From Nitrosospira sp. (lineage in GTDB: Bacteria > Pseudomonadota > Gammaproteobacteria > Burkholderiales > Nitrosomonadaceae): DNA of 43,673 bases. The stretch lies in NCBI GenBank assembly GCA_039928555.1, contig JBDSSX010000248.1, positions 1-43,673 on the forward strand, in the 5' to 3' direction. Position 1 is the stretch's first letter. Each line of letters opens with the position of its first letter. The translations under genes and the position numbers were made by a program. Positions 16,377 to 24,700 of this stretch are shown here, piece after piece. Below the pieces are notes generated by a model, which was not told where the DNA came from, made no database searches, and was given only the letters and a program-made list of their open reading frames with translations.

Positions 16377-18059
16377 CTAGTAAGCCATGTTCAAGGAGGC
16401 GATAACGGCATTCTCGCTATAACTAGCCCCTTGGTTGGAGTCCCGTTCAATATGCCGGAGTTGAATCATGCCATTCACAGCAGGCTGGGCCTGGAATTGC
16501 CTTGTCAGGCTGACCATGCCTATCTTGAAATCGTCTTTCCTGTCGGTGGTAAGATAGCCAAATCTTGTGTATCCCAAAGTGAGATTGGCGCTGGTAAGCG
16601 CAGAAATCCTGTAACTCCATAAAGCGTTGACTCCGGTTTGTCTTGTGTGGTTCAGCAGTGACGTGTTTCCCGCCCCAACGAGATCGATATCGTCCGCCTC
16701 AGGTGAGAATGCCCGGCGCGACATATTGAATACTCTGAACATCAGGGTATTGGTTGCACCGTTCAAGGTAACGGACGCCTGGAAGCGCTTCTGCAGATAG
16801 AGCCGATTGCTAAAGAAATTGGTGGGATTAAGAAAAGCACCTGATCCAGAAAGCCCCTGATCGAGGCCGCCTGTGCCGCCCAATCCACCCAAACCACCCA
16901 AACCGCCCAAGCCACCCAAGCCACCCAAGCCGCCCAAGCCACCCATGCCGGCCTGCTGGTTGAAAGTCGTGATGTTTTCATCATAACTCGTATTCCATAC
17001 GGTAAGACGGGTACGATGATTGGCCAGAACGGAATAGGTATCGCCAAAAAACCTTTGACCGGCAGTTGCCACGATATTCGTTCTCTCGTCTGGTATCCAT
17101 GAAAAACCCACGGTCCAGGTAGGACTTGTGGGGCTTCCCTGGATTGAAATGAAGGTATTTCGTTCGTAGCCTCCGGTTGCCGTCAAGCCAAATCGTGGCG
17201 TAACCATGTAACGAAGATTACCGATAGCCCGTTCCATTTCGACTGACCGGCCGGTCTTGTCAAAGTCGATCATCTGATTGCTATAATTCAGACCCCAGTT
17301 GAGTATTCTGAAAGCATCGCCGCTGTTGAGACCAGCCTGGAAGGCGTTCCTGTGGCTGTTGCGAAGCGCATTAAAATTGGACTCGACGATGCCATAGGTA
17401 TAACGAAGCTCGGTTGAAGCAAAATCCTGGAAACGGTGACGCAGATAAGGGCTGATTGTGTAAACTTTTACATCAGCCCGGTTGCCGGTGACATTGACAT
17501 TGTCGAGTCCCTGCGGACCAAACAGGGACGCATTTTGCTGGAACATTGCGGCCCTTCCATCCACGAAAAAAAGATTCTCAATCAGTTCGGTTGTTGCCGT
17601 GGCATTGAATTGATGCCTCATTCTGGTAAAGTTACTGTGCTCCGCATAGATGAGGTTATTCATGATGTAACTGGCATTTACATTAAACCGGCGTCCTACG
17701 CCGGTCACCAACAAGCCAGGATTGATCTGAGTCACCATGTCGCCCCTGTCATCCGCTTGGCTGCCCTGCAATCTAATATTGTCGGAGAATGTTTCTCTCA
17801 AACTCAACCGGGGAAGGATTCTCCATCCACTGCCAGCGGGATTGGGTGAGACGTCCTGACCCTGGCCCAGCATGCCCTGGCCCGCCATGCCCTGGCCCGG
17901 CATACCCTGGCCCATCATGCCTTGACCCATCATGCCCTGGGCTTGTCCATAAGAATAGGATGACAGTGACAGCATTGCCATGACGACACAGCAAATGGCC
18001 GGGAATAGATCTCTATGGCATTTTTTATTCTCAGGCGCTTTCATGGTAATTGTAACCAT
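16377..18059 (-). CDS. PEP-CTERM system-associated outer-membrane beta-barrel protein (TIGR03016-type)
   Basis: Signal peptide, PRLSLRETFSDNI, GQRFFGDTY, C-terminal YSENAVIASLNMAY beta-signal. Start (MVTITM...) overlaps the kinase Tyr tail; exact start uncertain. Confidence 0.85.
   Translation of the reverse strand: MVTITMKAPENKKCHRDLFPAICCVVMAMLSLSSYSYGQAQGMMGQGMMGQGMPGQGMAGQGMLGQGQDVSPNPAGSGWRILPRLSLRETFSDNIRLQGSQADDRGDMVTQINPGLLVTGVGRRFNVNASYIMNNLIYAEHSNFTRMRHQFNATATTELIENLFFVDGRAAMFQQNASLFGPQGLDNVNVTGNRADVKVYTISPYLRHRFQDFASTELRYTYGIVESNFNALRNSHRNAFQAGLNSGDAFRILNWGLNYSNQMIDFDKTGRSVEMERAIGNLRYMVTPRFGLTATGGYERNTFISIQGSPTSPTWTVGFSWIPDERTNIVATAGQRFFGDTYSVLANHRTRLTVWNTSYDENITTFNQQAGMGGLGGLGGLGGLGGLGGLGGLGGTGGLDQGLSGSGAFLNPTNFFSNRLYLQKRFQASVTLNGATNTLMFRVFNMSRRAFSPEADDIDLVGAGNTSLLNHTRQTGVNALWSYRISALTSANLTLGYTRFGYLTTDRKDDFKIGMVSLTRQFQAQPAVNGMIQLRHIERDSNQGASYSENAVIASLNMAY
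16863..16943. repeat. 9-bp in-frame tandem repeat encoding (GGL)7-GGT-GGL
   Basis: Seven caaNccRcc units at 16881-16943 on the plus strand, all with a TTG Leu codon. Confidence 0.9.
17856..17948. repeat. 15-bp in-frame tandem repeat encoding ~5 x GQGMx
   Basis: Protein GQAQGMMGQGMMGQGMPGQGMAGQGMLGQGQ right after the predicted signal peptide. Confidence 0.9.
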
Positions 18060-18942
18060 AGTATTCTCCACCGGAGAATGATCTGGCCTTGTTGTAGATC
18101 AAATTCACCACATCGCACGACTCGATCTGCCTGAGCGTTTCCTTAACTGTTTCTTGAGACGTCGTCTCAGCCTCTACCACCAGAACAATTTGCCCCATCT
18201 GGCTCGCCAGTACACGCGCTTCGCTGGTTAATAGCAGCGGTGGAGAATCAAAAATAACAACGCGATCAGCGTAACGCTGCGCAAGCTCTTTTAATAGATT
18301 ACCCATGCTTTGGCTTGCCAGCAGTTCGGTAGAGTGTGAGTGCCGTGTCCCCGCGGTGAGAAGAGTGAGTTTCTCGATGTTGGTTTTAATCAAGACTTCC
18401 GCCAAATCAAGTTCTTCATCGAGAAGAATATCCATCAAGCCCCTTTCTGTCCCCAACCCCAATATTTTCGGAACTGTCGGGCGGGCCACGTCGGCATCCA
18501 CCAGCAGAACCCTCCGATCCATTTCCATCGCGATGCTCATCGCCAGATTGACGGTACAAAAACTTTTCCCTTCCCCTGCAAGCGCACTGGTAACCATAAT
18601 CAAGTTACCATTTTTGATCATGCCCGCGCCCTTGTTGAACGCATTGGTAAGCAATGGTCGCTTGATTACGCGGAATTGCTCGGCAACCTGTGTTCGTCCC
18701 TCGTCTGGGGTGACAATGCCATACTGATGCATTTTGGCGAGGTTGAGTGTAATTCGCTTCGATGTCGAGGCGGGACGCAAGCCAGGATCTGGCGAAGGAC
18801 TCCGGCGAATCTCATTCTCGGAGATATCATTTACAGCCGGATGTTTCTCGTCTGAATTTATCGAAATACCTGGTGACATTTGCTTGACACCAGCTTTTCC
18901 TTCTTTTTCAAGCCTGCCTGCAGCTCTTTCAATAATGCTCAC
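18031..18942 (-). CDS. XrtA-associated tyrosine autokinase (BY-kinase, TIGR03018-type)
   Basis: EQFRVIKR, Walker A GEGKSF, LLVDAD, FDSPPLL, C-terminal Tyr cluster YYGYNY. GTG start with GGAG RBS. Confidence 0.92.
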   Translation of the reverse strand: MSIIERAAGRLEKEGKAGVKQMSPGISINSDEKHPAVNDISENEIRRSPSPDPGLRPASTSKRITLNLAKMHQYGIVTPDEGRTQVAEQFRVIKRPLLTNAFNKGAGMIKNGNLIMVTSALAGEGKSFCTVNLAMSIAMEMDRRVLLVDADVARPTVPKILGLGTERGLMDILLDEELDLAEVLIKTNIEKLTLLTAGTRHSHSTELLASQSMGNLLKELAQRYADRVVIFDSPPLLLTSEARVLASQMGQIVLVVEAETTSQETVKETLRQIESCDVVNLIYNKARSFSGGEYYGYNYHESA

Positions 18943-19257
18943 GCTTTCTCCAATAGTATTGGATTGGAATTTTCCGGAATGCGGTTATCTGTGATGCGTT
19001 CCGCGAACAAAATGTTTGACATCCCGCAAAAGGAAGCAAGTGATCGCACCGGGTTTCGCAAACCGGAACAAATCGTACCATTGCCGGGAACCCGCCTGAC
19101 TGACAGAGACTTTTGCGATGAAGCAATATCGTTATTTATATCCGCCCATCTTGCAGTGATCGATGCGTAGCCGCAGGGGCTTAGTATAGACGCTTCTTGT
19201 GGCAAGAAACCGTCATGTTTCTCGAACGATGGCAAGGGCGTCAATTTACAACCCGGG

Positions 19258-20787
19258 TTAAACCATCTTTACCATTAATGTGCCATATAAACCTAACAAA
19301 GATAGCAAGGAAAGACCGAAGGCGTAGAGGCGCTTCTTGCGTTTTACTTTTTCCTGATCTGTCCAGATCATGGGAATCGAACCTAATATTGGCCTACCGG
19401 TTATTTCCCGCAAGCTTGCCGGGCTATGGAATGTGGGCCGAACCTGGCTGATAACAAACGCGATCCCGATCCCGACTAATAGAGATCCCAGAAACACTAC
19501 AGAAAACAGCTTGCTGCGGTCTGGCCCCACGGGCAGATCCGAGACGGTCGGCGGGTCGATGATCCTGAATGACATCAAGTCGGTAGCGGAACCCAGTTCA
19601 CCTGATATTTTTGCAGATTCACGACGTTCAAGAAGCTTCTCGTAATTGGATTTATTCACCTGATAATCGCGATTGAGGTGAGCAAGCTCTGCTTCCACCT
19701 GAGGTAACGCATTGCTCAGCGATTTTAAACGATCGTAGCGGGAGGTATATTCTTCCACACGAGCTCTCATGGAGGCCACATCGGCTTCAGCTTCCGCCAG
19801 TGCCACGTTAAGCTGTTGCAGCATGGGACTATAGTTTTTCCCGGGATCCGCCGTATTTCTTACCATGAGTTTGGCTTCTTCTTTCTTGCGCTCCTCAAGT
19901 TGAGCAATCAAGCGCTTCGTGGAAACGATATCGGGATGTATTTCTGTAAAATTCAGTCGGAGAGCATCCAGATTCTTGTTCAATGCACTAATTCTGGAAT
20001 CAAGTTCCACATTGACTATGGGCGAATCGGAGTCATTCTGATCCACCATCATAACGGGTTCATCACCGGTGATTTGCCTCTTGATTGCATCGCGAGCATG
20101 CTCGGCTTCCCGTAATTCCAGCCGTGTTTTGTTGAGATCTTCCGTCGCTGTGGCTAACTGCGAATAATAATCACTGCCTTGCTGGGGCATCATTCCAATA
20201 TTCTTTTGCTTGAATGCTTTAAGGCTATTTTCCCCAGCGATCAATTTTTCCTCATAACTCTGGATCTGCTCATCAATAAAACGGAGTGCCGAAGAAGAAT
20301 CCTGTTTTTTGTCTCCCAGACCCCCTTCGACAAAAATGGTTAGTAACGATTGAACAACGTCCTTGGCAAGCCTTGGATTCTGATTGTTATAATGAATCGT
20401 AAACAGGTTGTCACGGCCGGTTGTCCCGAGTTTGATTTTGTCCATAAGCTCCTTGACAAGCCTTTCCTGATCTTTCACATCTTTGGCCTTAATATCCAGA
20501 TCAACCATGCGGACGACCCTCTCAACGTTGGGCCGGCTAATCAGGGTACGACTCATGATAGAAACCTGCTGTTGCAGATCGGGAGAAATCGTCATACCCG
20601 CCATCAGCGGTTTCAAGACGTTTTGTGTGTCTACGTAGATTCTGGCCGACGCCTGATAGTCATCAGGCAACTTGTAAACGATAACCCATCCCCCAATAGC
20701 TACAACCCAAGCCGCAATTACCGCGATCCAGCGATATTTCCATATCCCCTTCAAATAAACAAACAGTTGGGCAGTTAATTCCTCCAT
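19258..20787 (-). CDS. XrtA system polysaccharide chain-length determinant (Wzz/GumC-like, TIGR03007-type)
   Basis: N- and C-terminal TM segments, YQASARIYVDT, long coiled coil, FTEIHPD, FRIIDPP. Confidence 0.92.
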   Translation of the reverse strand: MEELTAQLFVYLKGIWKYRWIAVIAAWVVAIGGWVIVYKLPDDYQASARIYVDTQNVLKPLMAGMTISPDLQQQVSIMSRTLISRPNVERVVRMVDLDIKAKDVKDQERLVKELMDKIKLGTTGRDNLFTIHYNNQNPRLAKDVVQSLLTIFVEGGLGDKKQDSSSALRFIDEQIQSYEEKLIAGENSLKAFKQKNIGMMPQQGSDYYSQLATATEDLNKTRLELREAEHARDAIKRQITGDEPVMMVDQNDSDSPIVNVELDSRISALNKNLDALRLNFTEIHPDIVSTKRLIAQLEERKKEEAKLMVRNTADPGKNYSPMLQQLNVALAEAEADVASMRARVEEYTSRYDRLKSLSNALPQVEAELAHLNRDYQVNKSNYEKLLERRESAKISGELGSATDLMSFRIIDPPTVSDLPVGPDRSKLFSVVFLGSLLVGIGIAFVISQVRPTFHSPASLREITGRPILGSIPMIWTDQEKVKRKKRLYAFGLSLLSLLGLYGTLMVKMV

Positions 20788-21008
20788 TTTTTCAAACGTT
20801 CCCTGGAAATGCTATTGTCGGCTGCTGCGACGATGGAATCTTTGAAGGCCCACCTGCGCCGCCATCGAGTCGTGGAAATGTGGAAAGGGGATTACTTTAA
20901 TACTCATTATTTATCTTTTCACCAATCCATCCTCGATCGCGAGGTGAAGCAGGTCTCCGGTTGTTTTATAACGTAATTGATCGAAAAAGCGGTTTATTGT
21001 GACGAGAA

Positions 21009-21635
21009 TCAGAAAAAGCTCTCTGGTATGACTAAAACGTCACCTTGACGCATGGGGACGTTAGCCGAGATGTCACCGTCTCTGATCAGATCGTCCAGCC
21101 GAACGCTAAACTGCTGCTGCTTCCCGTCTACGCTACGAATAATTCTGGCTTTGTTGCCAGCGGCGAAATCGGTTATGCCGCCCACCGCAATCAAAACATC
21201 CATTAGCGTCATCTCTTCGCGATAAGGGAGCGCCTGGGGTCTGGCAGCCTCGCCTATGACGCGGATTTGCTCGGTATACGGCCCAACAAACTGTGTCACG
21301 ACAACCGTTACAACCGGTTGCTGAATGTACTTGGACAATGCTTCTTCAATGTCTCGAGCCAATTGCGTCGATGTTTTTCCGCTGGCGGGTAAATCTTCCA
21401 CCAAAGGAGTCGTGATTTTTCCATCGGGACGAACCGGCACGCTCATGGAGACTTCCGGATTGCGCCAGACGATGATATCTACGTTGTCACCGGGACCTAT
21501 TAAATAATCGTGTGCGAGATGTTTTTCGTCGGGGGAAAGAGGCGGATATGTTTTACAACCGCCAAGGACGAGCATAGGAAACACGATAGCAAAACAGGTC
21601 AGCCATTTCATGGTGCTGATATGCGAAGTGTCCAC
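21009..21635 (-). CDS. Polysaccharide export lipoprotein (Wza/OPX-like, TIGR03027-type)
   Basis: Lipobox LGGC, YLIGPGD, VRPDGKITTPL PES motif, C-terminal PESFF. Start could be GTG 21635 or ATG 21611. Confidence 0.9.
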   Translation of the reverse strand: MDTSHISTMKWLTCFAIVFPMLVLGGCKTYPPLSPDEKHLAHDYLIGPGDNVDIIVWRNPEVSMSVPVRPDGKITTPLVEDLPASGKTSTQLARDIEEALSKYIQQPVVTVVVTQFVGPYTEQIRVIGEAARPQALPYREEMTLMDVLIAVGGITDFAAGNKARIIRSVDGKQQQFSVRLDDLIRDGDISANVPMRQGDVLVIPESFF

Positions 21636-21697
21636 TGAATTTCCTTTTTTTGTTTATTGAAGATGAGTCGGGTCATGCAGGCAAACAACGACAATTA

Positions 21698-21726
21698 AAG
21701 ATGCAATAACCAGATATCCGTGTCAA
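21698..21726 (-). promoter_or_regulatory. Candidate sigma70 promoter of the EPS operon
   Basis: Minus strand: TTGACA (21726-21721), 17 bp, CATCTT (21703-21698), about 60 bp upstream of the wza-like start. Confidence 0.45.
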
Positions 21727-22096
21727 GACAGTATTGATTCGAACGCAGGGTAGTATCTGTTTCAACGTATGTCACGGAATCTAGGATCTTTAATGTGCGT
21801 CATAATAGCATTTTTACACCTATCCGCTTCGGAATCAAAAAAGATTGCTCTCAAAGTGAGACACTCCGCATAAGCAAATTAGTTAAGTTGAGTGATCTTT
21901 TTTGGAATTAACCATATCCGCATCGTATCAAGTTCAACGGCACGAATAAATTGGACTTTAGTACAACCCTCTCAGGATGCGGCTTGACAGGTTTCCGTGG
22001 CGCGGTTTATATCCTCATGTCCACGCTATGACGCCGTCTTTTGGCGCATCCGCCGCCCATCCCGAGCTGCCAGCAACACTTATCCCCGGAAGTCCC

Positions 22097-22706
22097 TTAA
22101 CCCGAAGTGCCTCCCGTATCTTGCCGTTGCAATGCCCAGCTCACCTATTCGCGCAGCAGGGATGAATCGTCGTCACATCGCGCCCGCAATGCGTCAGATG
22201 ACGCATTGCCTAACCCCACCGCCAAATTATGCAGCCATTGCTCATGACCGATACGGCGGATCGGACTGGGCAAGCCGGGTATCCAACTCTTCTTTGGTCC
22301 AGCCGAATAATCCCGAATCCGGTGGCTGGATGGGGTGGGGTGCGGTTTCTGGGGTGCGGAGCAAGGCGCGACGACGCGGAATGGTGCGACAGCGCAGGGC
22401 GGAACAGCGCCTTCCGCAGGAAGGTGTGCAAGTGGCGCAAAAACTGTGCGATTCACCCCGTAGCGGCCTCACCTGGAAGGTGTTTTACCATATAATCCAT
22501 CTTACTGTGATAACCCTTGCTCAGCCACTCATACAGGTCTGATTCCGCTTGCGTCATCTGGGCGCTGGCATCTGCGATGCAAATCTCCTGAAACCGAGCT
22601 CCTTGCCCCGTGCCTTGATCGCATCCGCGAGCCGGGTTAATTCAGTGTCTGCATCTGGGAGGCTATCCAGAATACCTGACGGATCTTTGGATATTTTTTC
22701 TTGCAT
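22097..22706 (-). pseudogene. queG: Epoxyqueuosine reductase pseudogene (frameshifts, nonsense codon, centre deleted and replaced by a MITE)
   Basis: N-terminal part: LTRLADAIKARGKELGF, frameshift ~22591, QEICIADASAQMTQAESDLYEWLSKGYHSKMDYMVKH. C-terminal part: LFGWTKEELDTRLA, frameshift ~22268, SPIRRIGHEQWLHNLAVGLGNA...DDDSSLLRE*VSWALQRQ. Sits in the usual position divergent from tsaE-amiC. Confidence 0.9.
22308..22482 (+). mobile_element. ERIC-like MITE, copy 2 (right end truncated), inside the queG pseudogene
   Basis: Aligns with 8988-9150: TAATCCCGAATCCGG...GCAAGGCGCGACGACGCGGAATGG...CGCAAAAACTGTGC...CCCCGTAGCGGCCTCACC. Right TIR absent. Confidence 0.8.
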
Positions 22707-23210
22707 AATTCTCATCATACCGATTCTACCGCCCTGCATCACGTTACGCGCAATCTTGCCGAGGAAATCGCAACGCTGGCGCTTGGCGCGGAAATCGCAA
22801 CAATATTGCATCCTGGCCTTATCATTTTCCTGAGCGGTAATCTGGGCGCGGGCAAAACCACCCTGGCGCGAGGCATCTTGCGCGGCCTGGGTTATCAAGG
22901 AAAAGTAAAAAGTCCCACTTATAATTTAATTGAACTTTATAAAGTTTCTAGGTTATACTTCTATCACTTTGATTTCTATCGTTTCGATGACCCGATAGAA
23001 TGGGAAGAAGCAGGTTTCCGCGAATATTTTAACGCGGAGTCAATCTGCTTGGTGGAATGGCCCGAAAAAGCGTGCGGATTGTTACCCGCAGCGGATTTGC
23101 GGTTTCTTATCCATATCACCGAAACAGATCATCGCCGCGTCGAAATTGAGGCACATACGGAGGCGGGCAGACGGTGTTTAAAGCATTGGCAAACCCTAAC
23201 AAACCCCTGA
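22701..23210 (+). CDS. tsaE: tRNA threonylcarbamoyladenosine biosynthesis ATPase TsaE
   Basis: LSGNLGAGKTT, VKSPTYNL, HFDFYRF, LVEWPEK. Start codon uncertain. Confidence 0.95.
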   Translation: MHNSHHTDSTALHHVTRNLAEEIATLALGAEIATILHPGLIIFLSGNLGAGKTTLARGILRGLGYQGKVKSPTYNLIELYKVSRLYFYHFDFYRFDDPIEWEEAGFREYFNAESICLVEWPEKACGLLPAADLRFLIHITETDHRRVEIEAHTEAGRRCLKHWQTLTNP

Positions 23211-24526
23211 TCGCGGCAACAGCCCATTGCCCCAGCCGTTCTGTTCCACCGGCATTCGCCCTGCTTTTGTCGATGGCAACGCTTCTGCTATTGACACTCA
23301 GCAATACCGTTTTTGCCAATACCCTGGTCAGCTCCGTCCGTGTCTGGCCAGCGCCGGAATATACGCGCCTCACCCTGGAATCGGCTTTGCCCATCCAGTA
23401 CTCGCTCAGCATGGTAAAAGATCCGGATCGCGTGGTGGTTGACCTGGAGCATGTCAGGCTCAGTCCGGAACTTGAGAGCCTGCCGGGGAAAATCGACACC
23501 GCTGATCCTTACATACGCGCGGTGCGCATCGGCCGTTTCAAGCCGGCCGTATTACGGCTGGTGCTGGACCTCAAAACCGAGGCCATACCGCAAGCATTTG
23601 TCCTCAAGCCGGTAGGCAATTACGGTTATCGGCTGGTACTGGACATTTACCCCGCTATCCCACCCGATCCGCTTATGGCGTTACTGAATGGGAATGCCAC
23701 AGCAATGTTACAGCCAGACCTCAATGCCGATGGCGGAACAAACGTAAAGGCAAATAGCAAAACCGCAAAAAGTACCGAGACCATCAGAAAGAACAAACCG
23801 GAAACGATACGGCTTATAACGGTTGCCATCGACCCTGGGCACGGCGGCGAGGATCCCGGCGCAATAAGCCGCAGCGGCACCCATGAGAAAGATATCACAC
23901 TGGCGATTGCCAAAAAACTTAAAGCCAAGATTGATAAAGAACCCAACATGCGCGCAGCCCTGACACGCGAAGGCGATTACTTTATATCGCTGCCGATGCG
24001 TCTGGTAAAAGCACGCCAATTGAATGCCGATCTGTTCGTATCGGTGCATGCGGATGCTTTCATCAAACCGCATGCGCGCGGCTCGTCGGTTTTTGCGCTG
24101 TCCGAGCGTGGGGCAACTTCCGCAGCCGCCCGCTGGCTTGCGAAAAAAGAAAATGAGGCGGACTTGATAGGGGGGGTCAATCTGGATATCAAGGATCCCT
24201 ATCTCAAGCAGACTCTGCTAGATCTGTCACAAACAGCCACTATCAATGACAGTCTCAGGCTCGGCCGGGAGGTGCTCTCGGAAATCGGCGATATAAACCA
24301 TCTGCATAAAAACGAGGTGGAACAGGCGGGCTTCGCCGTACTCAAGTCTCCCGATATTCCGTCTATCCTGGTGGAAACCGCTTTCATCAGTAACCCGGAC
24401 GAAGAAAAGAAACTGAAAGACGTCGCCTACCAGGACAAACTGGCCGACGCAATGCTTGCCGGTATCAAACGCTATTTCGCCAACAATCCGCCACTCGCGC
24501 GTTCAAGGATGGTGTTTCTGGAATAA
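23174..24526 (+). CDS. amiC: N-acetylmuramoyl-L-alanine amidase (AMIN + Amidase_3), AmiC-like
   Basis: AMIN domain (VRVWPAPEYTRLTLES), IDPGHGGEDPGA, EKDITL, SVHADA, SILVETAFISN. Confidence 0.9.
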   Translation: MFKALANPNKPLIAATAHCPSRSVPPAFALLLSMATLLLLTLSNTVFANTLVSSVRVWPAPEYTRLTLESALPIQYSLSMVKDPDRVVVDLEHVRLSPELESLPGKIDTADPYIRAVRIGRFKPAVLRLVLDLKTEAIPQAFVLKPVGNYGYRLVLDIYPAIPPDPLMALLNGNATAMLQPDLNADGGTNVKANSKTAKSTETIRKNKPETIRLITVAIDPGHGGEDPGAISRSGTHEKDITLAIAKKLKAKIDKEPNMRAALTREGDYFISLPMRLVKARQLNADLFVSVHADAFIKPHARGSSVFALSERGATSAAARWLAKKENEADLIGGVNLDIKDPYLKQTLLDLSQTATINDSLRLGREVLSEIGDINHLHKNEVEQAGFAVLKSPDIPSILVETAFISNPDEEKKLKDVAYQDKLADAMLAGIKRYFANNPPLARSRMVFLE

Positions 24527-24700
24527 CTATCTCTTCTCATCCCCCAGCATTGGTACTTCCCTTCCTGACAAAGTTTCGGTGGACCTGTATATAAGCCTCT
24601 GTGGCCTTATTTGCCAAGTGAGTTTGCCAACCGAGCTTTGCCTAGCCGTAGCATTGCTTCTACGCCATAATCATGCGATTGAATCATTCAGGATGTTGTT

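Noticed and set aside
16863-17948. Tandem repeats as a possible CRISPR array
   Set aside because: They are in-frame 9- and 15-bp coding repeats without unique spacers, and no cas genes are present.
18939-19244. 101-aa ORF as a real gene
   Set aside because: No recognisable motif and a TTG start without a clear RBS. Kept only as an unexplained gap in the findings.
21636-21990. Sigma54 promoter or PEP-CTERM enhancer upstream of the EPS operon
   Set aside because: No convincing TGGCAC-N5-TTGC on the minus strand by eye.
21977-22898. Several overlapping ORFs (21997-22542, 22145-22456, 22229-22495, 22549-22833, 22554-22898)
   Set aside because: Explained as fragments or antisense frames of the queG pseudogene, the MITE and tsaE.
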